Origin: Neoconidiobolus thromboides FSU 785
Taxonomy: Eukaryota > Fungi > Entomophthoromycota
Direction of reading: 5' to 3'
DNA: 64,000 nucleotides
Assembly (NCBI GenBank): GCA_025603075.1
Contig: MU626294.1
Coordinates: forward strand, 75,895-139,894
In this document: positions 36,760-49,929 of the stretch, piece after piece
How positions within the stretch are numbered: position 1 is the first letter of the stretch
Layout of the letters: each line of letters opens with the position of its first letter
Program-made: the position numbers and the translations under genes
The notes under the pieces: model-generated
Database searches by the model: none
The model's input: the letters and a program-made list of their open reading frames with translations, nothing else
What the model was told of the DNA's origin: nothing

Positions 36760-39591
36760 ATGCTACGTAACACAGCAAGATTGACCTTAAGAAATAGATT
36801 AAGAGTAATAGATACTAATAATACAATACTTCAGCCATTGTTAATCGCTAATCTAATGTAGCTTACTAGTCTATTATCCCATAGTGCCCAAAGAAACTTT
36901 AGTCTATCAAGTGTTAAAGTAAATAATAATGAATGTAAAAATGGAAATTAAACCAATTTAATTAGCTTACAGAAACTAGAAATAATATAGAAAAGCATGA
37001 GTTTAAAACAGAGACCAGTAAATTATTAGATATTGTTGCTAACTCTTTATATTCTGATAAAGAGGTAATTATAATAATTATTAAAATGTTAGAAAACAAT
37101 TTATCTTTATTACTATTATTTAGGTTTTTATAAGGTAAATCAGAAATCAGCAAATAATTAATAGAAATATTCATTATGTCTTTAGAGAACTTATTTCAAA
37201 TGCAGCAGACGCAAGTGAAAAATTAAAGCATAACGAATTAGTTAACAAGGAAAGTTTAGAATTAGATGACTCTCAAGTTCAACCTGAAATTGAAATTAGT
37301 TTAGATTCAGCTAATAATACTTTTACCATTCAAGTAAATATTTTAAGGAATTGATAAAATAAGATATAATTGAAATTCAATTACTAGGATAGAGGAATTG
37401 GATTAACACTTGAAGAATTACATAAAGTAAAGCATATTAAACAATAGCAGTGGTATAACAATTAATGAAAATTATAGAATTTAGGCACTATTGCAAGTTC
37501 CGGCTCTAAAAAATTTATTCAAGACTTAAAAAACGAAGCTGGAGGAGATAAAGACCATAAAATCATTGGTCAGTTTGGTGTCGGATTTTATTCAGGCTTT
37601 ATGGTCAGTAATAAAATCGAAGTATTTACACGTTCAGCTTTGAAGGGCTCAATTGGATACTGCTGGTCATCAGATGGGTAAGGAGGTAGTTATAATAATA
37701 TATAAATTAATAATATTTCTATAGATTAAACTCTTACCAAATATCTGAAGTGGCTGACTTACCAGTTGGAACTAAAATAATTTTACATTTAAAAGAGAAA
37801 GAATTTCTAGATAAGGAAAAAGTAAAATGTAAGTATAATTTATATTGTTTGATTTGATTTTTAGTAACAATTACTAGCTATTATTAAAAAGTATAGTAAC
37901 TTTGTCAGTTTTCCTATAAAATTAGAAGGGGATGTCATTAATGATGTGGAGCCTATTTGGAATAAGGTAAGCTAGTAGCATATATATATAAGCTATACAC
38001 TAATTATAATAGAATGCACATCAAATTACCCAAGAAGAGCACGATGCCTTTTATCAATCAATTACTAAAGTAAAACAATTTAGCATATTACAATATAATA
38101 TAACTAATGATAGTATAGAAAATGGATAAACCTTATTATTCTTTAGCATATAAAACAGATGCTCCAATAAGTATTAAGAGTGTATTTTATATACCAGAAA
38201 AGAACAATAATTTATTTAATAATGAAATGAATGAGGCTGGTGTTACTTTATATTCTAGAAATGTTATGATTAGTAATAAAACTCATCTATTATTACCTCA
38301 CTGGTTGAGATTTGTTCAAGGTAAGTCATGATTATATCATTTTTATATAAAAATATTTAAAGCTATGTAAATTATAGGTGTGGTCGACTCAGAGGATATA
38401 CCATTAAATTTGAGTAGAGAAATGTTACAGAAAGGTGCCTTAATTAATAAATTAAAGAGTATATTATCCACCAAAATTATTAAATGGTTGAAAGACGAAG
38501 CTAAAAGAGATGGGGCTAAATTTAATCAATTTTATTTGAGCTTTAATCGCTATTTTAAAGAAGCTGTTATCTTAGAAGAATTTAGTCAGTATAGAGTAAC
38601 TTTGTATTTTTATTTATTGTCTATCAATTTAATAACATTTTCTCTTTAGAGCGATGTAATTCCTTTATTGAGATTTTACTCATCCCACGCCGACGATTTA
38701 ATCCAATTCTCCGATTATAAACAAAGAATGAAACCAGATCAAAAATCCATTTATTATAGCTGCAGTAATAAATCTGAAGCTTTATCAAACCCCTACTATG
38801 AACCTTATAAAAAGAATGATATTGAAGTAAGTTATTATTAATGATAGTAATAACGGTTTATTAAACGAGTGTTTAATTTTAGGTGTTATTCTTAAATGAT
38901 CAAGTAGACAAAGTATTAGCTGATGTAACAAGAGAATATGAAGGTATCCCATTGGTTGATATTGAATCCACTGTAGGGAATGAAGAGATAGCTAAATTTG
39001 ATACGACTCCAGCACAAGATGAAGGACTTAAACAAGAAGATTTTAACGAATTAAGAACTTTTATTATTGAGAAATTAGGTGCTAAATTAGCTGTATCCAA
39101 AATTGAGGTAAATGAGCCATTGAGATTATTTGTATTTATTTAATTTATTCTTTAAGGTTGCAAAAACAAGCACTAGTTATCCAGCCTTAGCTGTTGGACA
39201 TCAATATGATAAAGATCGTAAGCTTCCTCTTAAAACAATACATTAGAATATTTTACTTACATTAGTTATTAGCTTATATGAGAGAAGTATTAAAGCAAAG
39301 TTTAGCTCCAGGACAAGAAATGCCTTTAGTACCAATCACTATTCAAATGTCAAAACAACATTCAATTGTTATTGGATTGGCTGAATTAATTAAATCAGAC
39401 CCTACATTAGCCGAAGCTATTTCAGAACAAGTAAAATATTATTTATCTTAATTTCATCCTTCTATAACTTATTTTTATAGATTATTAATAATGCAAGAGT
39501 AGTAGCAGGTTTAAGTGATGATATTAAGCCTATGATGAGTAAACTAAATTTGTTAATTGAACAACTAGTACAGCTTAAAGTAAAACAATAA
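36760..39591 (+). CDS. TRAP1: Mitochondrial Hsp90 chaperone TRAP1/HSP75, intron-rich
   Basis: Arg-rich presequence [15 protein letters not shown]; [55 protein letters not shown] and [15 protein letters not shown]; stop at 39589-39591. Confidence 0.92.
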
Positions 39592-39674
39592 ACCAAAAAT
39601 AAAATAGAACTACAGTAATAATGATTTTTTATTTATTTATTTTAATCTATATTCTTTTTTATAAATAACCAAGT

Positions 39675-41548
39675 TTATTCTTTATTAAATTCTATTTTTT
39701 TTAATGTTTCCTAGAATGAAATTAGATCCTTTGATTATAATAATTAATATGATTCTTACCTGATAATTCAACTTCCAAGGTTTAAATTCTTTTTCAGCAA
39801 CATGCATTTGTTTTAGAAATTCTAGTCTAGATGCTTTAGCTTGCATATTACGGAAAGAAGTCACCTAATTTAAATTGTATATAAGACACTGTAATGAAAA
39901 ATCATTTCATATAAAAATACCTCATGAAGTTCCAACATTGTAATTGATAAACCATCTTGATTTGCTCTAGCTGTTCTTCCCACACGGTGAATATACTGTT
40001 TGATAAATTGTGGAGCATCGTAATTAATGACTCCCTCTACGTTATCTACATCTAAACCACGAGCCAATAAATCGGAACAGATAAGCACATTAATCTCATT
40101 TTTTTTAAATCCTTTTAAAACATCCAACTTTTGTTTTCTACTTAATTCAGAGTGATAACTTTTAACGTTCAATTTCAAAAGATATTCTTTCTCTTTTTCA
40201 TTTGTTATACTTTGTACATATTCATTAATAAAATTAAGTAACATATCACACACATTGATTGACTTTGTAAAGACCAAGACTGAGTTTAATTGGGCTTGAT
40301 TTAATAAATATAATAACAAAATAGGTTTGTAACTGGGTGAACATGCCACATATTTTTCCACCAATGACTTGGGAGTATTGTATCGGATAGTTTCCTTACC
40401 ATTAGGTTGAATTACAATATATTTTGGTTCTTTTAATTTTAAGTTACTAATCTTTCCTGGATTTCTTGTCAAAGTAGCACTAAATAACAACTTTTGTAGC
40501 TGTTCTCTTCGACTTGAAAGTTGATATTCTTCCTCTTCACTAACAGTTATTTCTTGATTGACAGCGTCATGTCTTAATGAAGATACGTCCATACTGTTTA
40601 AATTAACATTTAATTTGCTATTTAAACTTGGTTTATTGTCTACAGCGTCTAGAACTTTATTTAGCCAATCATAAAATGTTTGATTCAACAAACGATCCGC
40701 TTCGTCAATTACCAAATATCTCAAATGTTGTAGACTAAAATTTTTAGTTTTTGATATGTGATCCATCAACCTACCAGGGGTAGTGATCAATATATCTACT
40801 TTGCTAGATCCTCCTAATAGACTTTTATATAAAAACATTATTACCTTGAATAAAAACTGTGATACATTAACTTACTCTTCATTCAATTCATTAACCAATA
40901 ATCCCTGTTCTGCCTGAAAAGAGTTCATTTTATAAATACCAGCTACCTAAACCCACCTTAATTAAAAAAAACTTCATATAATTGTCAATTTGAAAATTTA
41001 CCTTCAGATCTGTTCCCTTACAGAAATAGGCAAAAGTTTCTCGAACTTGAGCCACAAGATCATAGGTAGGTAGCAAAACTAAAGCTCTCAATCTCACCAC
41101 AACACGTGGCATTAAATTTTGAATAATTGGTAATACATAAGCTAATGTTTTACCCGAACCTGTGGGCGCAGAGACGCATAAATCTCCAGGAAAGTAACGG
41201 GTTGATAAGTAATTGCTATTAATTAAGATGGGTAGCACTGCTTTTTGAACTATATGATCATTAGATTATTTTTTCGGTTTTATTATTAGATTAAATTATA
41301 CCAGCAAACAAGGACGTTATATTTATACTATTACATCCCTCTATCAATTTTTGATTTAATACATCTGTTAACTCGGTTATGTCCTGGGCCTCATCGTTGT
41401 CAATAATTGTTGGATTGGCAAGCCAATTTGGTAAACCTAGCTTTGAGGTTTTAAACTCTTTCTTTTTAGTTTCTAAATCTTCAAATTCTTGCTCAAAACG
41501 TGTTAAACCGAGCTCTTCGCGCTCCCTTTTAATGCTGTTTTCGGTCAT
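39675..41548 (-). CDS. DBP6: DEAD-box RNA helicase Dbp6/DDX51, multi-exon
   Basis: GDLCVSAPTGSGKTLAYVLP, RLRALVLLPT, TPGRL, DEADRLL, SAT, ARGLD and HRVGRTAR motifs; last exon ETLKKIEFNKE*. Confidence 0.92.
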
Positions 41549-42288
41549 TGAGAGTTTTTTTTTTAGAAAGTAAATTCAAAAGACAAAATATTAGATTAAA
41601 ACTCGATTTTGTTAGTAGTTTGTTTATACTCAAGAATTTAGTAGACTTGTCTTATTTTTATGCCCAAAATTTAATTTTTATTTTTTTAACCAGATTAAAA
41701 TAATTTTTACTAAAATGTGATTTATAAGACACCAAAACATTAATTTTTAGGCTGATATTGTAATAAATTATTTTGGCCTACTAACAACCATGTTTTATAG
41801 CGACTCTGTAAAATCTTTAAGTAGATTAATATTCGGCTTCAACTTTATCTCGAAGCTAATAGCCAACTACCGTTTGTTTCTACATAAACCTATTGCCTCT
41901 TTGGTTATCATTAAAATTTCGGCTTTTATTAATATCCTGCTCCCTCTTTTTTCTGCTAATTATATAAAAAGGCTAAAATAGTTTAGTCTTACAGTAACTT
42001 AAGTCGCTCAACCTTAGGATGTTGCAAGTTACCTTGCCTAAGGATTTTTTACTAATAGTATGTATTCAACATACCTTTAGTTTTATTGATAGTAGATCAC
42101 AGTTTATGCATACTTTAAAAAAAGTTTAATAAATGGTAATAAGCAAATTATACTACATTGTATTTTATAGTAAGCTTAAAATATTGTGAAAATTATCAAG
42201 TTTCTAATGTACTAAGTTTTGTATACAAAAAACTATGTTATTATTTTTATTTATTAATTTAATATAGAATAGTTGGAACAATTTAAAA

Positions 42289-45200
42289 TTAAAGCTTCAA
42301 AGTATCACTTAAAAATGAAACTTTACCCACAATAGTCTCGCGGCTAACCATTCCAATGATTTTTGTTTGTAAAGCAGTAGGCGCAATAGTAATTCCTAGG
42401 AGGAAGACTCCAATAATGATGAACAAGATTCCGTACAAAATACATCTACGACGGCGAATAGCTTTTTGTCTAATTGAAAAGATTGGTGGTCGGATTTGAC
42501 GTGATGGGCTCAACCAGAAAAGAATCATTGAATGCCATTTGTCTGCTAATGGGACCAAGCAGAATGGAGCAAGTGAAATCAAGATGATGTGAGCAATGAT
42601 AAAATCAGTGGCAAAGAGGGACATTTCAATAATCTTACATACAAATTCACGTAATGGCTGGGTAATTGCCATCCATCCTAACCCAGCCGATGCCCATTTA
42701 CCGGTCCACCAAGCACAGTTAGCACCATCATGCCCGAATTCTCTTGTCAAAAAAAGGAACATTAAAAATCCGAAAATAAACCGTTGAATAAACATTGCAG
42801 CTGTAAGACCAAGTAAAGTTCTAGCTAAACTAAAGTTCTCTAATACATAAAGAAGAAGAGCACAGATAATTAAATTAAGAACGGACCAAGCATGAGCAAT
42901 GGCTGCGATTACTCCACCAAACTTCTTGAAACAAGCTGTTGCGATTGGCCCTAAGAGTAAGGAGATTGGGAATAAAACAACTAGTATACCAGCATTTAAG
43001 GCAATAGGAGCTAAAGCGATTACTCCAGCTTTCATTATACCACTTGACTTAGCATTGGGTGGAAATGTCTTAAGTGCTTGATATGGACTTGTGTTCTTAG
43101 AGGCTTTTTCATAATATGAACTTTTAGAGTTTCCATAAGTTTTCCATATTGCTGCAGGGTCATATGAAGACATAGTGTTGTAAATCAACACTACAATAAT
43201 GGCAGACAAGAGAGGAATTAAAACTTCACTAGCAAAAATGACGAGTCGATTAGCTCTAGGAACATGCCCACCTATTTTACGCTCTTTATCACCGAGTTTC
43301 TTACGCTTTTGACCAGTAATTCTAGTACGTGCATAACGACAATGAGAAATCCACGAGTCTTTAGCTGTTTGAGAGTTACCTTTTGACATCCAGCGCATAA
43401 ATGCACGATAATCCAAAATGAATTCGGCTAATGAAAATTGATGTGGATTGAAAATCCATGGACTCAAAACCATACCACAGACTGTAAACCAGAAATAAAG
43501 GTAAGATGGCTGCCATGTATTTTCAGCTAAACAAGCAAAAAACAAGAGTAAGAAGCAACGCATACCAGTATAGAGACTTGATGAAGCAAAACGGGAATAA
43601 AGAGTAGCAAATGGTTGACGAGTGGTTGCAAAACCACGACCTGTACCAATGTAGCGAGCACCACCAAAGCTCATGTTACTGAGAAGAGCATTTGAGTATA
43701 TCTGAGTTGTGAAGATTTCAAAGAGAGGTGCAAAAGAGCCTACTTGTTTTAACAAACGCGTAATCATCCTTATAAATCCTTGTTCAGATAAAACTTGCAT
43801 CATTAATGGTAAAAACGTAATAAACAAAACTAAAAAAACAGAAAGGATAGTACGATTGATCCAACCACCAATACCTGCTATGTTCAAACATTCAAAGCTT
43901 ACAGTTGGAATTTCAGATGAACTAGATGCACAAATATTTTGAGTAGAAGCTATCACACCATAGCATGCCAAAACAAACATAAAAACTTGAATTGAGAACA
44001 TGATCATAATATTGTTAATTTGGAACCCAGGATGAGCATAAAACAAAGTAAGCATTCGATCAAGAGGTAATTGAGTATATAAATAATAATATTCTCTTGA
44101 TAAAAGTTGTTCACCCATACCAGTACCAATCTTAGTAGTAAAGTTAAGTACTGAGCAAAAACCGAGATCACGACCTTTACCACACTGTACATACTCACAA
44201 TGTTTAACTCTTCCACCTCTTTGAAAAGCATTCATACCAGCATAAATATCTTCATTTAAATGAAGACCTTTTTGTGCTTTGGAAAGGCCACCTCTTGTAT
44301 TCATAAAAATCATATTAAGGAAATCAGGATGCCCATAATGTAGACGACCACCAACAGTTGACAAAATACGATGAGTCAAAGTACCAAAGGTTGCTTCTTT
44401 ACCAGCAGCAATATCACCAAGAATACCAATATTCTCAGAGAAAATATATTCACGTGCACCCAAAATTGCAACAGGCTTTAATTCTTCATCAAGATGTGAT
44501 GGAGGAGAATAAGGAGAATGTGGAGGAGGATGGTATTCTTCAAATTCGGCTAAAACACTACGGATCTTAAGAGCCTCTTCAAGGTAATTGTCTTGATTAG
44601 CATCAATAACCTGTAAATATTCACCACGGGTGAAAATGACTGAATGATTTTGATTATCTGATTTACCATCACCAAGAATAGGATTACCAGGAATTCTTAC
44701 ACGATATCTTGGGATCCTTTTACCTTCTTCATTAAGCTCACAATGTCCATCAATTAAACAACTGTATATTTTAGGTGATTCACCCTCTTTGTCTGAAGGA
44801 ACTTCATCTAAATATGCAATTTGTAGGTCAGGATATGTTTTCATTAAAAATTCTACATTTTCTTTTTCTTCTTTGTTGAATTTTGTAAAACGTTGCATAG
44901 ATATAAGGAAGTTGAACTTTCTGCGTGCCATTAAATTAAGCTCAGTTTCAAGCGCATCCGAGTTTCCACCAAGAATATGAACTAATTCAGGGTTTTCAAT
45001 ACGATGTAATAGCTTAAGCGCTTTTGAATAGTTCATAAAACCAGAAATTGTACGATATAAGGTTTGAGTACGAAGAGATGCCCAGATACGTGTACGTAAA
45101 GTAAATTCGGGCGCAGCAGACTTGAAACCAATACAATAAAATGGCAAGTCTTCAGTTTTAACTTTACCATCGCTCTTTTCATCTTCTTGGAAAGTTGGTG

Positions 45201-48114
45201 GTTCATCAGACATAATTGCATTTTCTTCTGCAAGAACTTTCGAATCTTTAACAAAGTTATCCCATTCAACAGAATAGAGTGATTTAAGATATTCTAATAA
45301 TGTAACACGAGTAAATTGATCATCTTCACGGATAATTTCACGGAGAGATAAAAGGATTTTTTCAGAGTAATGTGGAGTGAATACTGTGAAAGTTGGCATG
45401 TTTTCTACTGGTAATGGCTCTGGAATGACAGTTGATAAACTTGAAGCAAAAAATGAAACACGACGTTCAGCTTCAGATCCAGGTGGGTAAAACTCTGCAT
45501 TTAATCCAACATCCTCTTGTGCAACAAAGAACGTAGGAGGTTTAAGTTTCTTTTTTCCTTCAATGTCACTTGCAACTTGTTGGTACAAAAGTTTTTGTAC
45601 ATGATCGATTGAAACGAGGTGATCACGATACATCGAAATTACTACGGCATTCCATACTTGGGAACAAAGCATTTTAGGACGAAGTTTTATTTCCATGTTT
45701 GATGTTGCTAAAACTTTAGTATATATACGTTTTGGCATCATTCCAAAAATATTTTTCCAAGGAGAAAGAACCGATATACCCATTTGGAAAGCGTTTGCGA
45801 CACTAAATAAGGAAGTTACAATAACGTACCATAAATAAGTATCTAAGAAAAACATAATCAACAATAAAAGCAGCATAAACATCATAGTGATATATACAAA
45901 CAATGTACATAAATCTTGACTACCAATACTACTACCAAGTAAAGCTTCATTACATCTCTCCATTCTTAAGTAAACAAGGGTACGGAATGCGTCTTTGAAG
46001 GATAAAAGTAAAGAAAAGTAACTTTCAATAAGTTTAGCTAAGAAAATCAAAGCCCACATAGCAATAGATGTTGCACGATTATTGTATGCAAGAGGAGCAT
46101 AGTCAGCTGTAAATGCGCGATTGATTATATTTGGCTTGGAGCTTGTTTTTAAAGTAAGTGCTGGGATACGATTAAAAAGATTTGCTGGTGGAATTATTGT
46201 AAGAACAACTATAGTTACAATACCAATAAAAAGATGTACACCTGCTACAATATAGCCTACAGTGGTCTTCTTTAAATTGGATGGGGTTATACTAAACATT
46301 GATAGTGGTACATCAAGCTGAGATGATGATTTTACCATACTACCAACTTTGGGTTTTGCTTTATTATCGGTGTCTATTTCAAAATAGAAAAGGTAAACGG
46401 CGGGAGCAAGATTCACAAGAAATATGATAAATAACAGTAAATATCGACGAATCAGTATCTTGTAAATTCTCATCGACCTTTCAACAAAAAAGAATTCACA
46501 AAAAGTTGCCCACATAGCAATACCTGCAGCTATTGCACCACCACATCCAGCAAGAGATAGCACATGAGGACTAAAATCATCACCAAAGCTACCTGGTGGT
46601 AGAGTTGAACTTTTATTAACCTCTCTGTATTTTTCATATGTAGTAAAAATAAATTGAGAATTCATTATCCAAAACATGAAGAAGACAGAAAAATGGAAGA
46701 CCCAAACACGTGAAAAGTTAGTAATAATATGGAGCCATGTACGACGTTCAAAGTAAGTTTTTTTAATAGATTGTTTCCAGTTTACTTCTGTTAATTTTAA
46801 ATAGCGATCTCCAGGGGCTAATGAAATTAACTGGGTCTTTTTATCCGACAAGACCAATCTTTCTATACCCTCACGTGACCAAAAAGTTTCATTAATGTCA
46901 TCATAACCAACGACTTGTGCATGATCCTTTTCTCTTTTGAGGAACTGACCATTAACAACTTCATAGGTTTGATCTCTAGTAAATTCATATAGAGGTGTGA
47001 TGACAGTATCTAAATATGTTCCCTCAGGGAAATGTGTAGGGTTATGCTCAGTTGTTAAATAGTAGTCATAAGCAACTTTATAAATAAAGCATATAACCTC
47101 TGGTAAATAACGGACATTTAATGCTTCACCCCAAATACAAAGGTATAAACCAATTTGACGAACACGCTCTACTGAACTGAGTTTACTCATCTTATTACGC
47201 CACCATTCTTCTAATGAGTCATTCATCATAATATTATCAGCTTCATTATCATACCCTTCTTTCATACTGCTAAGTGGAGTATCTTTATTAAATTCTGTAG
47301 CAAAATACCACTTACGGAAGTTTGCATTTTTACCACCAATATAATCGGCATGTAAAGTGAGAAGAGCCAAAGATGGGGTCATACGTGAAGCTCTAGAATC
47401 TAACATGGTAAGAAAAGCATCATATTGATTTTTTACACTAGATTTCTGAAAACCAAAGCGATTGGAGAGATCTTCAAAGATATCCCATATTTCCTCTTTA
47501 CTAATTGGTACTTGATTTTCAACACTCCATGCAGGCCAAGGATAATCTTTAGCTAAAGAACGATGTGGAGGAAGATCAAAGTAATCGGTATTCCCATTAG
47601 CTTCAGAAACCCAAGAGCTTGCTCTTGAGAATGAAGAAACAGATTGAGAAGCAAAGTTATTACGTTTGCTTTCAACTAAAGCTAACAAAGACTCAGTCGA
47701 TGGTGCATAGGCAGCATATCTAGAGTCTGATAATTTTGGGTTTCCCAAAGAACTATAAATATCAACCCCATTAAATCCTCCATTATTGCCATCTGAAAGA
47801 ACTGAAGCTCTACCTTGAGATGGAGCAATTGAGTCTGAATAGTAAGACTCTCTACTTTGATTGCCTCCAATCATACGTGGATCAAGAGCTGGTGGAGGGG
47901 GAGCGAATTGTGGTGAGTTTTCACCGGAAGAATTAGAGGAATGATAGGGAGAATGACGCCCTTGTTCTTGTTCATAATCTGAATACCCTTCATACTCTTC
48001 ATTTGAATATGGACTAGATAACCCCTGGTTGATAGAGTCACTGTTACTATGTTGTAAGTATGGATCATCCGAATTAGAATTATGAGCAGGATAACCTTGT
48101 TGATTTCTACTCAT
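42289..48114 (-). CDS. FKS1: 1,3-beta-glucan synthase catalytic subunit (GT48), intronless
   Basis: 1941-aa ORF with LYLCIWGEA, YDDINE, MPTFTVFTPHYSE, ILGDGKSDNQN, DANQDNY, LHYGHPDF and LHLNEDIYAG. Confidence 0.98.
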   Translation of the reverse strand: MSRNQQGYPAHNSNSDDPYLQHSNSDSINQGLSSPYSNEEYEGYSDYEQEQGRHSPYHSSNSSGENSPQFAPPPPALDPRMIGGNQSRESYYSDSIAPSQGRASVLSDGNNGGFNGVDIYSSLGNPKLSDSRYAAYAPSTESLLALVESKRNNFASQSVSSFSRASSWVSEANGNTDYFDLPPHRSLAKDYPWPAWSVENQVPISKEEIWDIFEDLSNRFGFQKSSVKNQYDAFLTMLDSRASRMTPSLALLTLHADYIGGKNANFRKWYFATEFNKDTPLSSMKEGYDNEADNIMMNDSLEEWWRNKMSKLSSVERVRQIGLYLCIWGEALNVRYLPEVICFIYKVAYDYYLTTEHNPTHFPEGTYLDTVITPLYEFTRDQTYEVVNGQFLKREKDHAQVVGYDDINETFWSREGIERLVLSDKKTQLISLAPGDRYLKLTEVNWKQSIKKTYFERRTWLHIITNFSRVWVFHFSVFFMFWIMNSQFIFTTYEKYREVNKSSTLPPGSFGDDFSPHVLSLAGCGGAIAAGIAMWATFCEFFFVERSMRIYKILIRRYLLLFIIFLVNLAPAVYLFYFEIDTDNKAKPKVGSMVKSSSQLDVPLSMFSITPSNLKKTTVGYIVAGVHLFIGIVTIVVLTIIPPANLFNRIPALTLKTSSKPNIINRAFTADYAPLAYNNRATSIAMWALIFLAKLIESYFSLLLSFKDAFRTLVYLRMERCNEALLGSSIGSQDLCTLFVYITMMFMLLLLLIMFFLDTYLWYVIVTSLFSVANAFQMGISVLSPWKNIFGMMPKRIYTKVLATSNMEIKLRPKMLCSQVWNAVVISMYRDHLVSIDHVQKLLYQQVASDIEGKKKLKPPTFFVAQEDVGLNAEFYPPGSEAERRVSFFASSLSTVIPEPLPVENMPTFTVFTPHYSEKILLSLREIIREDDQFTRVTLLEYLKSLYSVEWDNFVKDSKVLAEENAIMSDEPPTFQEDEKSDGKVKTEDLPFYCIGFKSAAPEFTLRTRIWASLRTQTLYRTISGFMNYSKALKLLHRIENPELVHILGGNSDALETELNLMARRKFNFLISMQRFTKFNKEEKENVEFLMKTYPDLQIAYLDEVPSDKEGESPKIYSCLIDGHCELNEEGKRIPRYRVRIPGNPILGDGKSDNQNHSVIFTRGEYLQVIDANQDNYLEEALKIRSVLAEFEEYHPPPHSPYSPPSHLDEELKPVAILGAREYIFSENIGILGDIAAGKEATFGTLTHRILSTVGGRLHYGHPDFLNMIFMNTRGGLSKAQKGLHLNEDIYAGMNAFQRGGRVKHCEYVQCGKGRDLGFCSVLNFTTKIGTGMGEQLLSREYYYLYTQLPLDRMLTLFYAHPGFQINNIMIMFSIQVFMFVLACYGVIASTQNICASSSSEIPTVSFECLNIAGIGGWINRTILSVFLVLFITFLPLMMQVLSEQGFIRMITRLLKQVGSFAPLFEIFTTQIYSNALLSNMSFGGARYIGTGRGFATTRQPFATLYSRFASSSLYTGMRCFLLLFFACLAENTWQPSYLYFWFTVCGMVLSPWIFNPHQFSLAEFILDYRAFMRWMSKGNSQTAKDSWISHCRYARTRITGQKRKKLGDKERKIGGHVPRANRLVIFASEVLIPLLSAIIVVLIYNTMSSYDPAAIWKTYGNSKSSYYEKASKNTSPYQALKTFPPNAKSSGIMKAGVIALAPIALNAGILVVLFPISLLLGPIATACFKKFGGVIAAIAHAWSVLNLIICALLLYVLENFSLARTLLGLTAAMFIQRFIFGFLMFLFLTREFGHDGANCAWWTGKWASAGLGWMAITQPLREFVCKIIEMSLFATDFIIAHIILISLAPFCLVPLADKWHSMILFWLSPSRQIRPPIFSIRQKAIRRRRCILYGILFIIIGVFLLGITIAPTALQTKIIGMVSRETIVGKVSFLSDTLKL

Positions 48115-49770
48115 GATGTATGTGGATGATAAGTAATAATACTTTTAATCTCAATTGAATATTAACAAATTATATATAATTAACTAACTAAAAAACAAAA
48201 TTAATTTATAAAAGAAAGTTTTGGATATAAGTATGTGCAATTTTGATATCCTTATCGTTTAAGAAAAAGATAATAAATTAATATTTGTAGGTTCTTGCCA
48301 AATATTATATTTGTTCCATTAACCACGAACCACTACAATTTATTCGTTTAGAGCCAATTAAAATAACCCCTTTTTGCAAATGGCCAAATTAAGAAAAAAC
48401 CCTAAATAATAATCTTTATGCAATAATAATTTGCGGACAAATCTCACAATTATTCTGCTCATTTATCAAGGTGGTATTCTGAAACCGAAATAACTTAATA
48501 TTTTGTCTTATACGAATTTAATATAAAGATACCTTTTGTATAAGCTTTGATCGTAAGTAAATGACTATATTGTACTATTTTTGAAAAAATGTAATATATC
48601 TAGCCAAAGAATAAATGACCTATTTTATATCTAATTAGGAAGAGTTTGAGCTATTTCATCTTTATATTTACTTTATTGGATTGTTTAGATTTTATTTTAC
48701 GTCATCTTATTCCAAACTAAGATATTTAAATAACTTAAAACATTTTGTGTCCAATTAATTAACGTAATTTATTATTTTTTAAAGCTGCTAAAACTGTGAC
48801 CCTTTTAATGAACTTTGAACTTTTGGTCATCAAAATTATCAAGTTGAATTGATTTGCTAAAAAATCAAATAAATTTCAGAACCACCTATTCTAATCTAAT
48901 CAATAAATTAAAGGGTCAACAACAATGCAGTTTTTCCCATAGTATTCTTTTTAATATACGCAAGTCAATTTAACTCAGATATTAATAAAAATAGATTATA
49001 TCAGCCATAAATAAAATTACAGTCTTAATTTTAATTTCATTAAATATCAACTTATCTTAAACATTAATAATGTTCGTATGTAGATTTAAATCATATGTAT
49101 AATAAATATTGCTTAATTTATTATGATCTTGTAATTTATTAAACCTGTTATTCTCAATAATCTAAAAATAAACTATTACTTTATAGATTATAAAGTAACC
49201 ATTTTTTTAAAAATTAAATAATGCTACTTCCGAATTTGCTTTATTAGTGTATATTTCAACTTTTCTGATTTTCTATTTAAAGCCTATATAAAAATGAAAA
49301 TCACTAACTTAAGCTATGAAACAAATTTAACAAATCTTATTAAATTTATTTACTATAATTGTTTTCTTAAACTATGTAATTTGCCAATTTTTTATAACAT
49401 GATGAGTTTAAAGGGCTATTAAAATTATAATACAAACATTTTCAATTGGAAAATACTGCCAAAAAGATAGCGTAATTCAAACAGTTATTTTTAGGAGCTT
49501 TGAACAATAAATTAAACAAAGTGAACAAAACACTTATTATTGCAATACAATTGTAATATCACATCAAAAATAAATTTCATTCATTTTTTTGTTTACTTTC
49601 GTTTTGAATATTATTAGAATTTTCAAAAAACAACTTCAATTATACCACCCCACCCTTTTGGAAATATTTTCTGAAAATGCTATAATTTTTACAATATAAA
49701 CTATTAAATTGCAAAATCTAAAAGCATCATTAATATTTTGTCCAAATTTTGAAAATTACCAAAAAACACC

Positions 49771-49929
49771 AAAACCATTCTTGTAATATAGGTTAAACTG
49801 ATACACTGTATGAGAACGTGAACCATTTACTCAATTACCAAGAACTTGTTTGTAATTGTTAGTAATTGAGTAAATGGTTCACATTCTCATGCAGTGTACT
49901 AGTTTAACTTATATTACGAGAATGGTTTT
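49771..49929. repeat. Fold-back inverted repeat (~70-bp arms, ~19-bp loop) upstream of FKS1
   Basis: AAACCATTCTTGTAATATAGGTTAAACTGATACACTGTATGAGAACGTGAACCATTTACTCAATTAC pairs with its downstream reverse complement, with about 7 mismatches. Confidence 0.92.

Noticed and set aside
42596-48068. Several short ORFs overlapping FKS1, and similar ones over NHA1, OYE, the homeobox gene and the kelch gene
   Set aside because: Antisense or alternate-frame shadows of strongly supported genes.
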